DNA from: Methylobacter sp.
GTDB taxonomy: Bacteria > Pseudomonadota > Gammaproteobacteria > Methylococcales > Methylomonadaceae
DNA length: 64,000 nucleotides
Direction: 5' to 3'
NCBI GenBank assembly: GCA_036741905.1
Contig: DAINRH010000001.1
Coordinates: forward strand, 34,617 to 98,616
Shown here piece by piece: positions 28,427 through 36,896 of this stretch. Position numbers and translations under genes: made by a program. The notes below the pieces were generated by a model that saw nothing but the letters and a program-made list of their open reading frames with translations, was not told the origin of the DNA and searched no databases. The stretch's first letter is position 1. Every line of letters starts with the position of its first letter.

Positions 28427-30851
28427 ATCGGGTAAGGAAAAGATATTGCTATCTTTCCCTCCCCTAAGAACCGTGCGTGAAAGTTTCCCTTCACACGGCT
28501 CAAGCCTTTCAAAGATCGGTTTCGCGATCCGGCTTTCTGACTTTCAAATAACGGCTATGAACTTTCCTGTGACAGTTGGGATGGAGTATCACGAGATTGG
28601 AGTTTATATCCTTTCCGCCTTTCGCTTTTTCTACAATGTGATGAATGTTAAAGTTCTCCACGTTGTCAATTCGCGTTTTGCATACTGGACATATACCTTT
28701 CTGTTGTACCCATAATTTTGCGAGTTTAGTCCTTCTTACCGATTCTTTAGTCATTTTGACTTCAAGTCTCTTTTCAAAATATTGTTCATATTTTGGGTCG
28801 TATGGATTAGCATCCGCTTGAATCTTGATGTGTCGTTCGATAGGAACCGCTGACATTACTGCCAACCTTGTCGAATGCTCACCTTGATTTTCCCCCGAGA
28901 AGACCCAGTTCCGGTTGTCTACTGTCTTAAAGTATTTATTTTTAATCCAGAGCTTCCCTTTATTGGGGTGTCTTCTTTCTGCCCATTTCCAGGTTTTAAT
29001 CCAAACTTGGTGATCTACATAGCTAAAAGTTTCCTTTGCCACCGTACCTTTATGGTAATTCGCCCATCCTGTTATTACAGGGTTCAATAGGTTGATAACA
29101 TTTTCAGTTTTGGCGTTTTTGTTACTATCCAAAATTACTTTTACCTTTCCCAGAACATTTTTAATACTGTCTTTGGAGGGCTTAATGAGCAGTTTGGAGT
29201 CGTATTTTCTGAAATTCCAACCTAAGAAGTCAAAACCATCGTTTATGTGAGTGATTTTGGTTTTCTCGGGTGACAATTCCAGACCTCGTTCCTTGAGGAA
29301 GCTTTCAACCAGCGGTTTAACTTCATCTTCCAGTTGTTCTTTCGAGTCTCCTGTTATGATGAAGTCGTCCGCATATCTGATGAAATTTACTTTCGGGTTT
29401 TTAGATTTCCTTTCTCCATTTTCCCGATATTGCAGGATTTTGAAGTTTTGGTTTAGCACTTTTTCAAGGCCGTCTAAAGCCAGGTTTGCCAGCGTAGGAG
29501 AAATAATTCCCCCTTGTGGAGTGCCTGTTTCCGTATCAGTGAATTTTCCATTGTAAATAACACCTGCTTTTAGCCATTCCCTTAATATCTTTCGATCTAG
29601 GGGAATGTTTTCCAATAGCCATTCGTGAGAGATATGGTCAAAACACCCTTTGATATCGGCTTCTAAGACCCATTCTGCATTCAGCCTTTTGGCTAAGACT
29701 TGGAAGCCTCGTTCTCTGGCATCTGCTGTGGCTCTTTCTGGTCGAAAACCGTAAGAATTTGAATCTGCTGTAGTTTCTGACACGGGTTCTAGGGCTAACA
29801 AGTGTAGTGCTTGCATAGCTCTGTCCTTCATAGTCGGGATTCCCAGTTTTCTTTTCTTACCGTCTTTTTTAGGTATTTCAACTCTTCTTAAAGGTGAAGA
29901 TTTATATCCCCTTCTTTTCAGACTATCTATAGCTTTGGCTTTGGTTTCTGGTGTGTTCCAAGTTTCCCCATCTACACCAGCAGTTCTTTTGCCTTTGTTT
30001 TCAGTCACTCGTTTTACTGCGATTGCTTTTGCAGCAAACGAGCGCGTTAGTATGTGCTGGAGTTTTTTGACTTTTCCCCAGCGTCCTTCCGCAGTAGCCT
30101 TCACAATACGCGCTTGTAGTCTCTTAACATTTTTGTGGCATTCGACCCATTCGACATCGTGCCAATGCTCAATCATGTCAGAGGATGCCCCGGCATCATC
30201 AATTTTCATTGTTTTTGCTGTCATCAGCTTTTCCTCTTTAAAGATTAATTTCAAGCTTTCTCATGAAGAAAGACCATGCGAGAAGTCTGCCCAGTTTCCT
30301 GTGGAATGATGTCGCATTGCTACTCAACTCCTATGTCCATGCCATTACAGCTTGACCATTCGCTTTCTCTCGCTTTCTTATACCCCCTAAGTCAATAGAT
30401 TACCTTACGGTTCTCCTGCCATTGCTGGCGACTCGTGGGGCTTACCTTGTTCCATTTAAGTAATAATACAGATGTTTTAGGCTCTATCTCTCTCCCGATG
30501 GATGCGTTGTTCCTGTGATTGATATTTACACTCAATCAACCGATCCATATACCTTTTGGTTCAAGCTTATCAGCATCTTTAGCTTGTCATGCGTAACGAG
30601 ATTTAAAATGATAGTTCACATATGTTGGCCATGACATCCTTAGCCTAGAGCTTATACCCCTTAATGCTAGGAGATTTAGGTTATCCTCGCGGAATCACCT
30701 AGACCTTGCGGTCAAGCTTCATTGTCTTGGCAGCTTCACACCTCTCCGTTACCAGAAACGCATGTGCCAATAGGCTCGGAGTAAGGAAATACTCGGTTTC
30801 TTTTAGGGATGCCCTAATTGAAACAATTACTTAAACAACTTCAAGTCACAC
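28427..30851 (-). mobile_element. group II intron (2,425 nt) inserted in bet, in sense orientation
   Basis: The 5' end is GTGTG (30851-30847). Domain V GAGCCGTGTGAAGGGAAACTTTCACGCACGGTTC lies at 28501-28468. Domain VI is a hairpin with a bulged A, and the 3' end is ...CCCGAT. Intron TTACGCAT (30596-30589) and GTAAAT (30529-30524) are complementary to the last 13 exon nt ATGCGTAATTTAC (EBS2/EBS1-IBS2/IBS1). Confidence 0.9.
28509..30254 (-). CDS. group II intron-encoded reverse transcriptase/maturase with a C-terminal HNH endonuclease
   Basis: RT motifs include RYADDFIITG. A maturase X region follows. The HNH is CPVCKTRIDNVENFNIHHIVEKAKGGKDINSNLVILHPNCHRKVH. The start may be an internal Met (30224 or 30209). 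Confidence 0.9.
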   Translation of the reverse strand: MKLIFKEEKLMTAKTMKIDDAGASSDMIEHWHDVEWVECHKNVKRLQARIVKATAEGRWGKVKKLQHILTRSFAAKAIAVKRVTENKGKRTAGVDGETWNTPETKAKAIDSLKRRGYKSSPLRRVEIPKKDGKKRKLGIPTMKDRAMQALHLLALEPVSETTADSNSYGFRPERATADARERGFQVLAKRLNAEWVLEADIKGCFDHISHEWLLENIPLDRKILREWLKAGVIYNGKFTDTETGTPQGGIISPTLANLALDGLEKVLNQNFKILQYRENGERKSKNPKVNFIRYADDFIITGDSKEQLEDEVKPLVESFLKERGLELSPEKTKITHINDGFDFLGWNFRKYDSKLLIKPSKDSIKNVLGKVKVILDSNKNAKTENVINLLNPVITGWANYHKGTVAKETFSYVDHQVWIKTWKWAERRHPNKGKLWIKNKYFKTVDNRNWVFSGENQGEHSTRLAVMSAVPIERHIKIQADANPYDPKYEQYFEKRLEVKMTKESVRRTKLAKLWVQQKGICPVCKTRIDNVENFNIHHIVEKAKGGKDINSNLVILHPNCHRKVHSRYLKVRKPDRETDL

Positions 30852-31223
30852 GTAAATTACGCATTCAATCCAAGTTGAGCAAAGTTTGCCACCTTCAGGT
30901 GTAATGATTTCATCGGCGTAAACAAATTCAAGCCCATCCATATCGGGATGCTGATTAATGATACGAGACCATCCATCAACTCCGACAACAGGAACGATAC
31001 CGTTCTGTTTATCGGGATACGCATAGATTTCCTTGGTAAACGGATTTAAACCGTACTGATCAGCAACGATCAATAAAGCAGTCATCTGTTCATCGCTAAC
31101 AACGCCGTCTTTAACCTTAAAAGCCGTAGCCTTCAAAGTGTCGATCAATTTTTGTTCGTCCGAAAAACTAAATTTGTCAGCGAATTTTTTGAACAGTGAA
31201 TCTTTTTTACTAGTGCTACTCAT
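30852..31223 (-). CDS. bet: Bet (Red-beta family) recombinase, exon 1
   Basis: LIVADQYGLNPFTKEIYAYPDKQNGIVPVVGVDGWSRIINQHPDMDG parallels lambda Bet LIVANQYGLNPWTKEIYAFPDKQNGIVPVVGVDGWSRIIN. GGAG lies upstream of the ATG at 31223. The exon ends ...CVIY immediately before GTGTG. Confidence 0.85.
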
Positions 31224-31249
31224 GGTGTACTCCAAAAATAAATTAAGAA

Positions 31250-31290
31250 GGGACACCAAAAGTCCCAAAGGACAAATGGTGTCCCAAGGG
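31250..31290 (-). repeat. intergenic hairpin element
   Basis: Arms GGGACACCA/TGGTGTCCC, apex GTCC-TTTG-GGAC. Upstream of bet exon 1. Confidence 0.65.
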
Positions 31291-31369
31291 AAAGTAAAAA
31301 TCAGCTAAGCCTAATAAAACGAAACGGCGCTAAACTTTAAAAAAGCTGATAAATTAAATAACCTGACCA

Positions 31370-31849
31370 TCAAAATGGTATGTCGTCGTCAAAATCATCG
31401 TAAGCAGGTCCATCATAAGCAGGAGGTGCGGAATGAGAATTAGATTGTGACGAAGTAGGCCCGGTGGAAGATGGCTGCGAAGGTGAAGATCCGGTTGAAG
31501 ATGATCCTGAAGAATCGTTCGGTTTTCCGCCTAACATTTTCATTTCGGTAGCATGGATTTCAGTCGAGTAACGATCCTGGCCGGATTGATCCTGCCATTT
31601 ACGTGTACGAATAGGACCTTCAAACAGAGTTAAAGAGCCTTTTTTAAGATAGTCCCGCGCAATTTCAGCAAGCTTTCCAAAAAGAATAACACGATGCCAT
31701 TCAGTTTTTTCTTTACGTTCACCTGAAACTTTATCTTTCCAGGATTCTGTAGTTGCAAGACTGATAGTGGCTACAGCTTTACCTTCTTGAGTAAAACGGA
31801 TTTCTGGGTCTGAGCCTAAACGGCCGATAACTTGAGCTTTGTTGTACAT
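31370..31849 (-). CDS. ssb: single-stranded DNA-binding protein
   Basis: [39 protein letters not shown]...[16 protein letters not shown] is an OB fold. There is a G/S/P-rich linker and an acidic tail DDFDDDIPF. Confidence 0.95.
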   Translation of the reverse strand: MYNKAQVIGRLGSDPEIRFTQEGKAVATISLATTESWKDKVSGERKEKTEWHRVILFGKLAEIARDYLKKGSLTLFEGPIRTRKWQDQSGQDRYSTEIHATEMKMLGGKPNDSSGSSSTGSSPSQPSSTGPTSSQSNSHSAPPAYDGPAYDDFDDDIPF

Positions 31850-31881
31850 GGTAAATCTCCTTATTAGACAAAAAGAAAAAA

Positions 31882-31921
31882 GGAGACCATTGCCCTGGGG
31901 GAAATGATCTCCCAGAGGGTT
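31882..31921 (-). repeat. intergenic hairpin element
   Basis: Arms GGAGATCAT/ATGGTCTCC, apex CCCC-CA-GGGC. Upstream of ssb. Confidence 0.6.
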
Positions 31922-32057
31922 AATTCGACGTCAATGCTTCGATTTGGGCGTGACGATTGTTGATTAAAGCAGTGTATGTATCCAAATATTGCTTGGCAGC
32001 AGACAAAGCGGTTTCCATGCTGAACATCAGTACAGCAAAAATCAGTAACTTTTTCAT
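31920..32057 (-). CDS. 45-aa peptide with a signal-like N-terminus, first ORF of the leftward array
   Basis: Translates to [51 protein letters not shown] lies 7 nt upstream. Below the ORF-track cutoff. The 92-aa track ORF 31864..32142 is in another frame and looks spurious. Confidence 0.35.
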   Translation of the reverse strand: MKKLLIFAVLMFSMETALSAAKQYLDTYTALINNRHAQIEALTSN

Positions 32058-32079
32058 AGTGTATTTCCTTGGGTAAAAC

Positions 32080-32124
32080 CAGGGAAAACACATGAGCCCA
32101 GCAGGGAGTGTTTCCCTGGAGGGT
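32080..32124 (-). repeat. intergenic hairpin element
   Basis: Arms CAGGGAAACAC/GTGTTTTCCCTG, apex CCCT-GCT-GGGC. Upstream of the 45-aa ORF. Confidence 0.65.
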
Positions 32125-32245
32125 AAAAAAAATAAATATCACGGCTAAGCCGCTTCATAAGTATCACGCCGGAGCGCTTCATTGATTCCTTATTTAAAGT
32201 GCTGAACTGGCACTGTTCTTGAATCCTCTTAGAGAACTACAAAAA
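32123..32245 (-). repeat. partial (~120 bp) copy C of the 270-bp module, at the head of the array next to rep
   Basis: Shares ATCACGGCTAAGCCG.TTCATAAGTATCACGCCGGAGCGCTTCATTGATTCCTTATTTAAAGTGCTGAACTGGCACTG.TCTTGA.TCCTCTTAGAGAACTACAAAAA. It lacks the two distal terminator-like hairpins. Confidence 0.8.
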
Positions 32246-32392
32246 TTAAAGATACTTTGTCACAAAAAAAGCAATTAATCAGTTCGAAAGAGCACGAAAA
32301 AACGCGCCTTTCGGTGCAATGCAAAAAAAGATCAAAAGAGGCCGAAAAATCGCGTCTTTCACCCCGATGCAATTGTTTATAAGCGCATATTA

Positions 32393-33526
32393 TTGGAGAC
32401 CGTTAAACATCTACCCTTAACGGCCATGTCATCAAAAAATATGCAACAAGAAAAAAAGTTCGAGCCACCCGCAGTGGAAGCTTTTGATTGTAAGCAAATC
32501 GACTTGTTTCAATCCTTTCTATGCAATCACGAAGAACAGCGCGGAAAGCTGTCAAATGCCTTTCCGCTATGGGATTGCCTTCCCCGATATTCAATGTCGC
32601 GGCGAGCCGCACAGAAAATGCTAAAAGCCGGAACGTTTCCGAAGCTACTAAATATTGCGTGCCAATATTTAGGCCGAAAGATTAAGATTGAGATTCAGCC
32701 AGCCCGGCTTAATGATAATGGCGTGGTCACGGAATACTACCCTGGGACCAGCGAAGAGCTCGTTGAAGATGCCCTTCGAAAAATTGCGACATTGCAGAAC
32801 CATGGTTACTACGATGAAAGCCGCCCCAGACATGGCGTGTCATTTACGATCTACCAGTTACGCAAAGAATTGAAGAAACAAGGTCACACCCGCTCCTACC
32901 AGGAAGTTGTTCTGAGCTTAAGAATCTTGGCACGCAGCTCAATCGAAATCAGCTCCGAGGATAAAAAAAATAAGATTTACGACGTCTGCACCTATTTCAG
33001 CCGGCTGTCGACTGTATCAAGGGTCGGCTTGGAAGAAGATCCTGACGCGAAGTGGTATGTTGAATTCCATCCCCTGATTACCAAGGCGATCAGCGCCATT
33101 GATTACCGGCAGTTTAACTACGAACTAATGATGAGCCATAAAACGCAACTGGCTCGCTGGCTGCATAAATATCTCGTTGCCAAATTTATCAACGCATCGG
33201 TTGGTCAAAAGTTTGAAATGCGGTTTAGCACCATTAAACGTGATAGTGGATTGCTGGAGGGTTATGGGCGAAATCGCGCCGGGATGGAGGCAGTAAGAAA
33301 TGCGCTTAATGAATTAGCGAATAATGGAATATTGCAACCGATTCTAGAAAAAGAAGGCAAAGACGAAAAAGTTACGCCATTTATGGAAAACAAAATTATC
33401 GGCTCAAAGAGTGAGGTCGAAGACATCGTTTATACCGTCTTCCCCTCCGCCCAATTTTCAAGCGAGTCGAAAAGAGCAAATGCAAATGTTAATCGCCTGA
33501 AAGAAAAATCATCCGCAGACCGGTAG
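32393..33526 (+). CDS. plasmid-type replication initiator (RepA/TrfA-like; call rests largely on context)
   Basis: 377-aa ORF transcribed divergently from the array. Its stop lies inside the first of 7 iterons. TTG start at 32393, alternative ATG at 32426. No strong motif recognised by eye. Confidence 0.55.
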   Translation: METVKHLPLTAMSSKNMQQEKKFEPPAVEAFDCKQIDLFQSFLCNHEEQRGKLSNAFPLWDCLPRYSMSRRAAQKMLKAGTFPKLLNIACQYLGRKIKIEIQPARLNDNGVVTEYYPGTSEELVEDALRKIATLQNHGYYDESRPRHGVSFTIYQLRKELKKQGHTRSYQEVVLSLRILARSSIEISSEDKKNKIYDVCTYFSRLSTVSRVGLEEDPDAKWYVEFHPLITKAISAIDYRQFNYELMMSHKTQLARWLHKYLVAKFINASVGQKFEMRFSTIKRDSGLLEGYGRNRAGMEAVRNALNELANNGILQPILEKEGKDEKVTPFMENKIIGSKSEVEDIVYTVFPSAQFSSESKRANANVNRLKEKSSADR

Positions 33527-33807
33527 GTACAGGTGGCGGCTCTGCCCGATTTTCGGTAGGTATAGCAGGCGCAGATAGGTAGGAATAGCTGGCGGGGGGG
33601 AGGGCAGGGATAAAAATGAGCTATTAAGGGCGTTTTGATCGGTAGGTAGAGGTGGCGGGTGGTTCAATTTTCGGTAGGTATAACTGGCGGGGTATCAATT
33701 TTTCGGTAGGTATAGCTGGCGGGGCAAGAAAATGATGGGGTGAAAAAGCGAAATCTGTGGATAACTTTAGGCTGTTCGGTAGGTATAGGTGGCGGGGCAA
33801 TTTTGTA
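33521..33807. promoter_or_regulatory. iteron array (7 direct copies of ~TCGGTAGGTATAGCTGGCGGGG), candidate oriV
   Basis: Copies start at about 33521, 33553, 33574, 33639, 33671, 33703 and 33786, all in the same orientation. An A+T-rich tract with TTATCC repeats follows at about 33815-33890. Confidence 0.8.
33766..33774 (-). promoter_or_regulatory. consensus DnaA box
   Basis: The plus strand reads TGTGGATAA, the reverse complement of TTATCCACA. It lies between iterons 6 and 7. Confidence 0.6.
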
Positions 33808-33959
33808 AGGCATTGATTTGTTGAAATTAAATAATGTTTTTTTTGCCCTTATCCTTTTATCCTTATTACTATCCTTTTTTTAACCGTCCGGCATCCGTCT
33901 TCGTCACCCAAAAAACACATCGATACAAAACAACTTCATGATCACTAAAAGGACAAAAA

Positions 33960-34373
33960 ATGAGCAAAACGAAAAATAGAGATTCTTACCAGCCTGATGG
34001 CCTAAATCGACTTTTTTGGCTTGCAGCAAAAAATATAGCCGTACCTGATCCTGATTTTGGCGCAAAAGACAATGTGCTTTTTGCAATGTCTTTGTATTCC
34101 GGTGTCAAGCTAAAGGACATCAGAATGAGCGATATGGTCGACATGGTCATTCATGCGTTGGCTGAGTATTTCCAGCACAAAGGTATCGCTGTAAACGATC
34201 TTCATGATTTGCTTAATCCGCTTCGAACCGATTACGCGGTGCTAACAAACCAGAAGTGGGATCAGAACCAAGCTTCTCAAAAAATCATTGAAAGCTGCAT
34301 GACTCGATTAGCCTTAGCGCAGATGCGATCTAAATGTGACTTAATGCCGGACAACGACCTAGGTTGTTGCTAA
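33960..34373 (+). CDS. hypothetical protein (137 aa)
   Basis: ORF downstream of the oriV region with AAAGGA upstream. No family recognised. Confidence 0.45.
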   Translation: MSKTKNRDSYQPDGLNRLFWLAAKNIAVPDPDFGAKDNVLFAMSLYSGVKLKDIRMSDMVDMVIHALAEYFQHKGIAVNDLHDLLNPLRTDYAVLTNQKWDQNQASQKIIESCMTRLALAQMRSKCDLMPDNDLGCC

Positions 34374-34383
34374 TAGTGAATTT

Positions 34384-34545
34384 ATGCTGCAAGACATTGC
34401 TAAATTCAAAACGTCTGTTCGAGTTGCCGCTGAACGACGGAATCCGCGTACTGGTGAAATGCTCCATTCACCCGAGAAGAAAGTTGTGAAAGTGACGCTG
34501 GCGAAAATCTTAAGGGATGCTCGGCGAATTAAGAAAAAAATGTAA
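34384..34545 (+). CDS. 53-aa HU/IHF-like fragment (beta-arm half only)
   Basis: Translates to MLQDIAKFKTSVRVAAERRNPRTGEMLHSPEKKVVKVTLAKILRDARRIKKKM*. The RNP.TGE...KKVVKF pattern is typical of HU/IHF arms. The N-terminal helical half is absent. Confidence 0.35.
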   Translation: MLQDIAKFKTSVRVAAERRNPRTGEMLHSPEKKVVKVTLAKILRDARRIKKKM

Positions 34546-34558
34546 TTTCATGCCTGAC

Positions 34559-34581
34559 TGGCAGTTGTTAAAAGCAACTGC
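34559..34581 (+). terminator. hairpin after the HU-like ORF (weak terminator candidate)
   Basis: GGCAGTTG-TTAAAAG-CAACTGCC stem-loop. No clear U-run follows. Confidence 0.3.
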
Positions 34582-35454
34582 CTAGCAATTTATTAACTGT
34601 GAAAAAAATAGCCAACATAGCCTTTGCATTTCTGGTTGAAACGCTGGGGCTTCCAGGTCTCATAAAGTCGGCCTACAAGGTGCTTGCATACCAGATGAAA
34701 TTTCGGATCGAGTTTCCTGAAAACAGTCGTTGTCACTGTATTTACCGATCCGATCATTTTTCTCCTGACATCCGGGGTTCTGCTTTGGATGTATCTGGAC
34801 GAGATGCTGTCTGAAATCCAAAAATATCAACCTTAGAATTATTTTCTGCTACCCGACAGGAAGCTCAGTATTAACATTTAACGGTAACCAACTCCCGCCA
34901 ATCCGTCGTATAGCGCTGTGAAACCCGTTCCGCTTTCAACGTCCAGGTCTTATCAAAATCGGTTGCTGCTACTGAAATGGTCTTCGGAAAGCGCCGGTTG
35001 ATTTGATCGACAAATATCAAGTTTTTAATTGAGAATTTTAATCTGGTTCAACTACCGCAGTGGAGTGTGTTGAAGTTTCATTCCACGGTTATGATCAAAC
35101 TCCGCAGGAATTGTTTAAGATTCTTGAAGGCCATAAGTTTGTATGTCAGCTCGATAAGCAATTCCAATTGTCACTAAGTCATCTCGGGCTTCAATGCATA
35201 CTTTTGAACCACATCCATGGAAAAACAACAACTCGGAACAATTGATAAGGCTTTGATAGCAAGGTTGTCCATAACGGTGATGGAAAAGTTAATTCTGAGC
35301 ATAATCGGCTTAAATCGGCAAAGATCGTTTGACATCAGGGGGGCATTCCTATATTTTCAAACGATTAAGTTTAGGGGGAGTCGTGCTTGCTTCCCTATTT
35401 CGTATCAGGCGAGTGCATGGTTTATAACCCAATCGTCCATGAGGAGTTTGAGAA

Positions 35455-35655
35455 ATGGCCGAGATGGAAGACCGCTGGTTATCAATTAATGAGATATGCA
35501 AGCACCTCGGTGTCAGCAACGACACTGTGTACAAGTGGATTGATAGGCACGACATGCCAGCTCATCGCATGGGACGCCTCTGGAAATTCAAAAAAGACGA
35601 GGTAGACGATTGGGTGAAAGCTGGTGGGGCTGCTGAGCGCGTAAAGAAAGAATAA
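35455..35655 (+). CDS. excisionase/MerR-type HTH DNA-binding protein immediately upstream of brxA
   Basis: WLSINEICKHLGVSNDTVYKWIDRHDMPAHRMGRLWKFKKDEVDDWV is an HTH_17/Xis-like domain. Confidence 0.7.
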   Translation: MAEMEDRWLSINEICKHLGVSNDTVYKWIDRHDMPAHRMGRLWKFKKDEVDDWVKAGGAAERVKKE

Positions 35656-35662
35656 GATTAGG

Positions 35663-36274
35663 ATGAAGAACGATAGATACAGCATGTCATTTACAACGGG
35701 CGGCCTCTTTTACCGCGAATCGGTTAAACTGGCTGCGTTGTTTATTGAGCTCAATGATTGGAATGCCGTTAGAAACAAAGTCCTTTCTGAGAATCTGTTA
35801 CAGGCGAGAACGCAAAATACGTTGAAACGTGTTTGCCGGGAGATTATTTCAAGGCTAAAAACGCTCGCTCCCCATGAGATCGAATTACTGATACACGGTA
35901 GTTCCCAAGAGCAAAACTATCTTTTGTGGATCGCAGTTTGCCGTCGCTACAAATTCATTGCTGACTTCGCGGTCGAAATTATTCGTGAACGTTACCTTAG
36001 CCTTAAGACAGATCTACATTACGAAGATTTTGATGCATTCTTTAATAGAAAATCAGAGTGGCATCCTGAACTTGATGAAATACAGCCAGCGACTAGAAGT
36101 AAACTGCGCCAGGTGTTGTTCAAAATGTTACGGGAAGCGGAGCTTTTGACTGCCAATAATATAATCAATGCGGCCATGCTGACTCCAAAGCTTGTGGAGA
36201 CTACACTTCTCCATAGCAAGCAGGATCTTTTAATTTTTCCGATATTTGAGTCAGATTTGAAAGGATGGAAATAG
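35663..36274 (+). CDS. brxA: BREX protein BrxA (DUF1819)
   Basis: MSFTTGGLFYRESVKLAALF...LLQARTQNTLKRVCREIISRLKTL, with the expected size and position upstream of brxB and brxC. Confidence 0.8.
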   Translation: MKNDRYSMSFTTGGLFYRESVKLAALFIELNDWNAVRNKVLSENLLQARTQNTLKRVCREIISRLKTLAPHEIELLIHGSSQEQNYLLWIAVCRRYKFIADFAVEIIRERYLSLKTDLHYEDFDAFFNRKSEWHPELDEIQPATRSKLRQVLFKMLREAELLTANNIINAAMLTPKLVETTLLHSKQDLLIFPIFESDLKGWK

Positions 36275-36885
36275 TGGCTTCCAGTATCACAGCGTTAAAC
36301 ATACAAGAAAGCTTTGAGCATCTTCTGACTGTTCTCTCTGGACAAAGATTTTTACAAAAAGAGGGGCTTGGTAACGAGGTTCCATTCTTTATTTGCCCAT
36401 TCGATGTTAGTGTTTCTGTTGATGTCACTAGGCTTCAAAAGCAACTTGTCAATCGTCTTGAACAATCCGGCATTAGGGTGTTGGAAATCAATCTATATGA
36501 TCTCTCCATTGAGATTCTCAAAGACCGTGGCGTTTGGGAGCAGATCATTGAAATGGAACCCACCGTGTCAAAGGACCAACTCAAAGAGTTGCTCCAGGGG
36601 ATTTTGGATCCTGAGACTAATTTAGTACCTGCTATCGCTACCAAGCTCAAGAACAACGAATTTGAAGTGCTCTTTCTGACAGGTGTCGGAGAGGTTTTCC
36701 CTTATATCCGATCGCATCATGTACTCAATAATTTACAGAGTACCGCAAAAGAAAAGCCAACCCTTATGTTTTTTCCTGGAGCCTATACCCACTCCTTGGA
36801 ATCCGGTGCATCACTTGATTTATTCGACAGATTACACGACGACAAGTACTACCGAGCGTTCAACATCTTTCACTGCGAAGCCTAA
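36265..36885 (+). CDS. brxB: BREX protein BrxB (DUF1788)
   Basis: FLQKEGLGNEVPFFICPFD...LFLTGVGEVFPYIRSHHVLNNLQ. Overlaps the brxA end. Confidence 0.8.
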   Translation: MEIVASSITALNIQESFEHLLTVLSGQRFLQKEGLGNEVPFFICPFDVSVSVDVTRLQKQLVNRLEQSGIRVLEINLYDLSIEILKDRGVWEQIIEMEPTVSKDQLKELLQGILDPETNLVPAIATKLKNNEFEVLFLTGVGEVFPYIRSHHVLNNLQSTAKEKPTLMFFPGAYTHSLESGASLDLFDRLHDDKYYRAFNIFHCEA

Positions 36886-36896
36886 ACGAGGGCAAT

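Noticed and set aside
28270-28512. 80-aa minus-strand ORF bridging the intron end and bet exon 2.
   Set aside because: It runs through intron domains V and VI and is out of frame with the Bet-homologous translation.
12528-32124. Interpreting the intergenic hairpins as integron attC sites, with one structured site per gene cassette.
   Set aside because: There is no paired RYYYAAC / GTTRRRY core at the two ends. The GGGTTAA side only occasionally fits GTTRRRY, and the other side is an A/T run. No intI or attI is present. The elements sit upstream of each start codon, followed by a U-tract, like terminators.
31864-32142. 92-aa track ORF upstream of ssb.
   Set aside because: It spans two hairpin elements and has no RBS. 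A 45-aa ORF in another frame with a good SD explains the region better.
33521-33807. Regularly repeated ~22-bp units that could be mistaken for a small CRISPR array.
   Set aside because: Spacing is irregular (21-83 bp) and the repeats are not palindromic. No cas genes or leader are present. The repeats abut a rep gene, a DnaA box and an AT-rich tract, so they are iterons.
34866-35030. Minus-strand peptide LIFVDQINRRFPKTISVAATDFDKTWTLKAERVSQRYTTDWRELVTVKC* that looks like the C-terminus of a real protein.
   Set aside because: There is no start codon and an in-frame stop just upstream. I could not assign a family. It is probably a gene remnant, possibly marking an element boundary, and is too weak to annotate.
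34599-35489. Short plus-strand ORFs between the HU-like fragment and the HTH gene (34599..34814, 35060..35245, 35217..35489).
   Set aside because: They have no RBS, no recognisable motifs and overlapping frames. The region is more likely non-coding or junction sequence.
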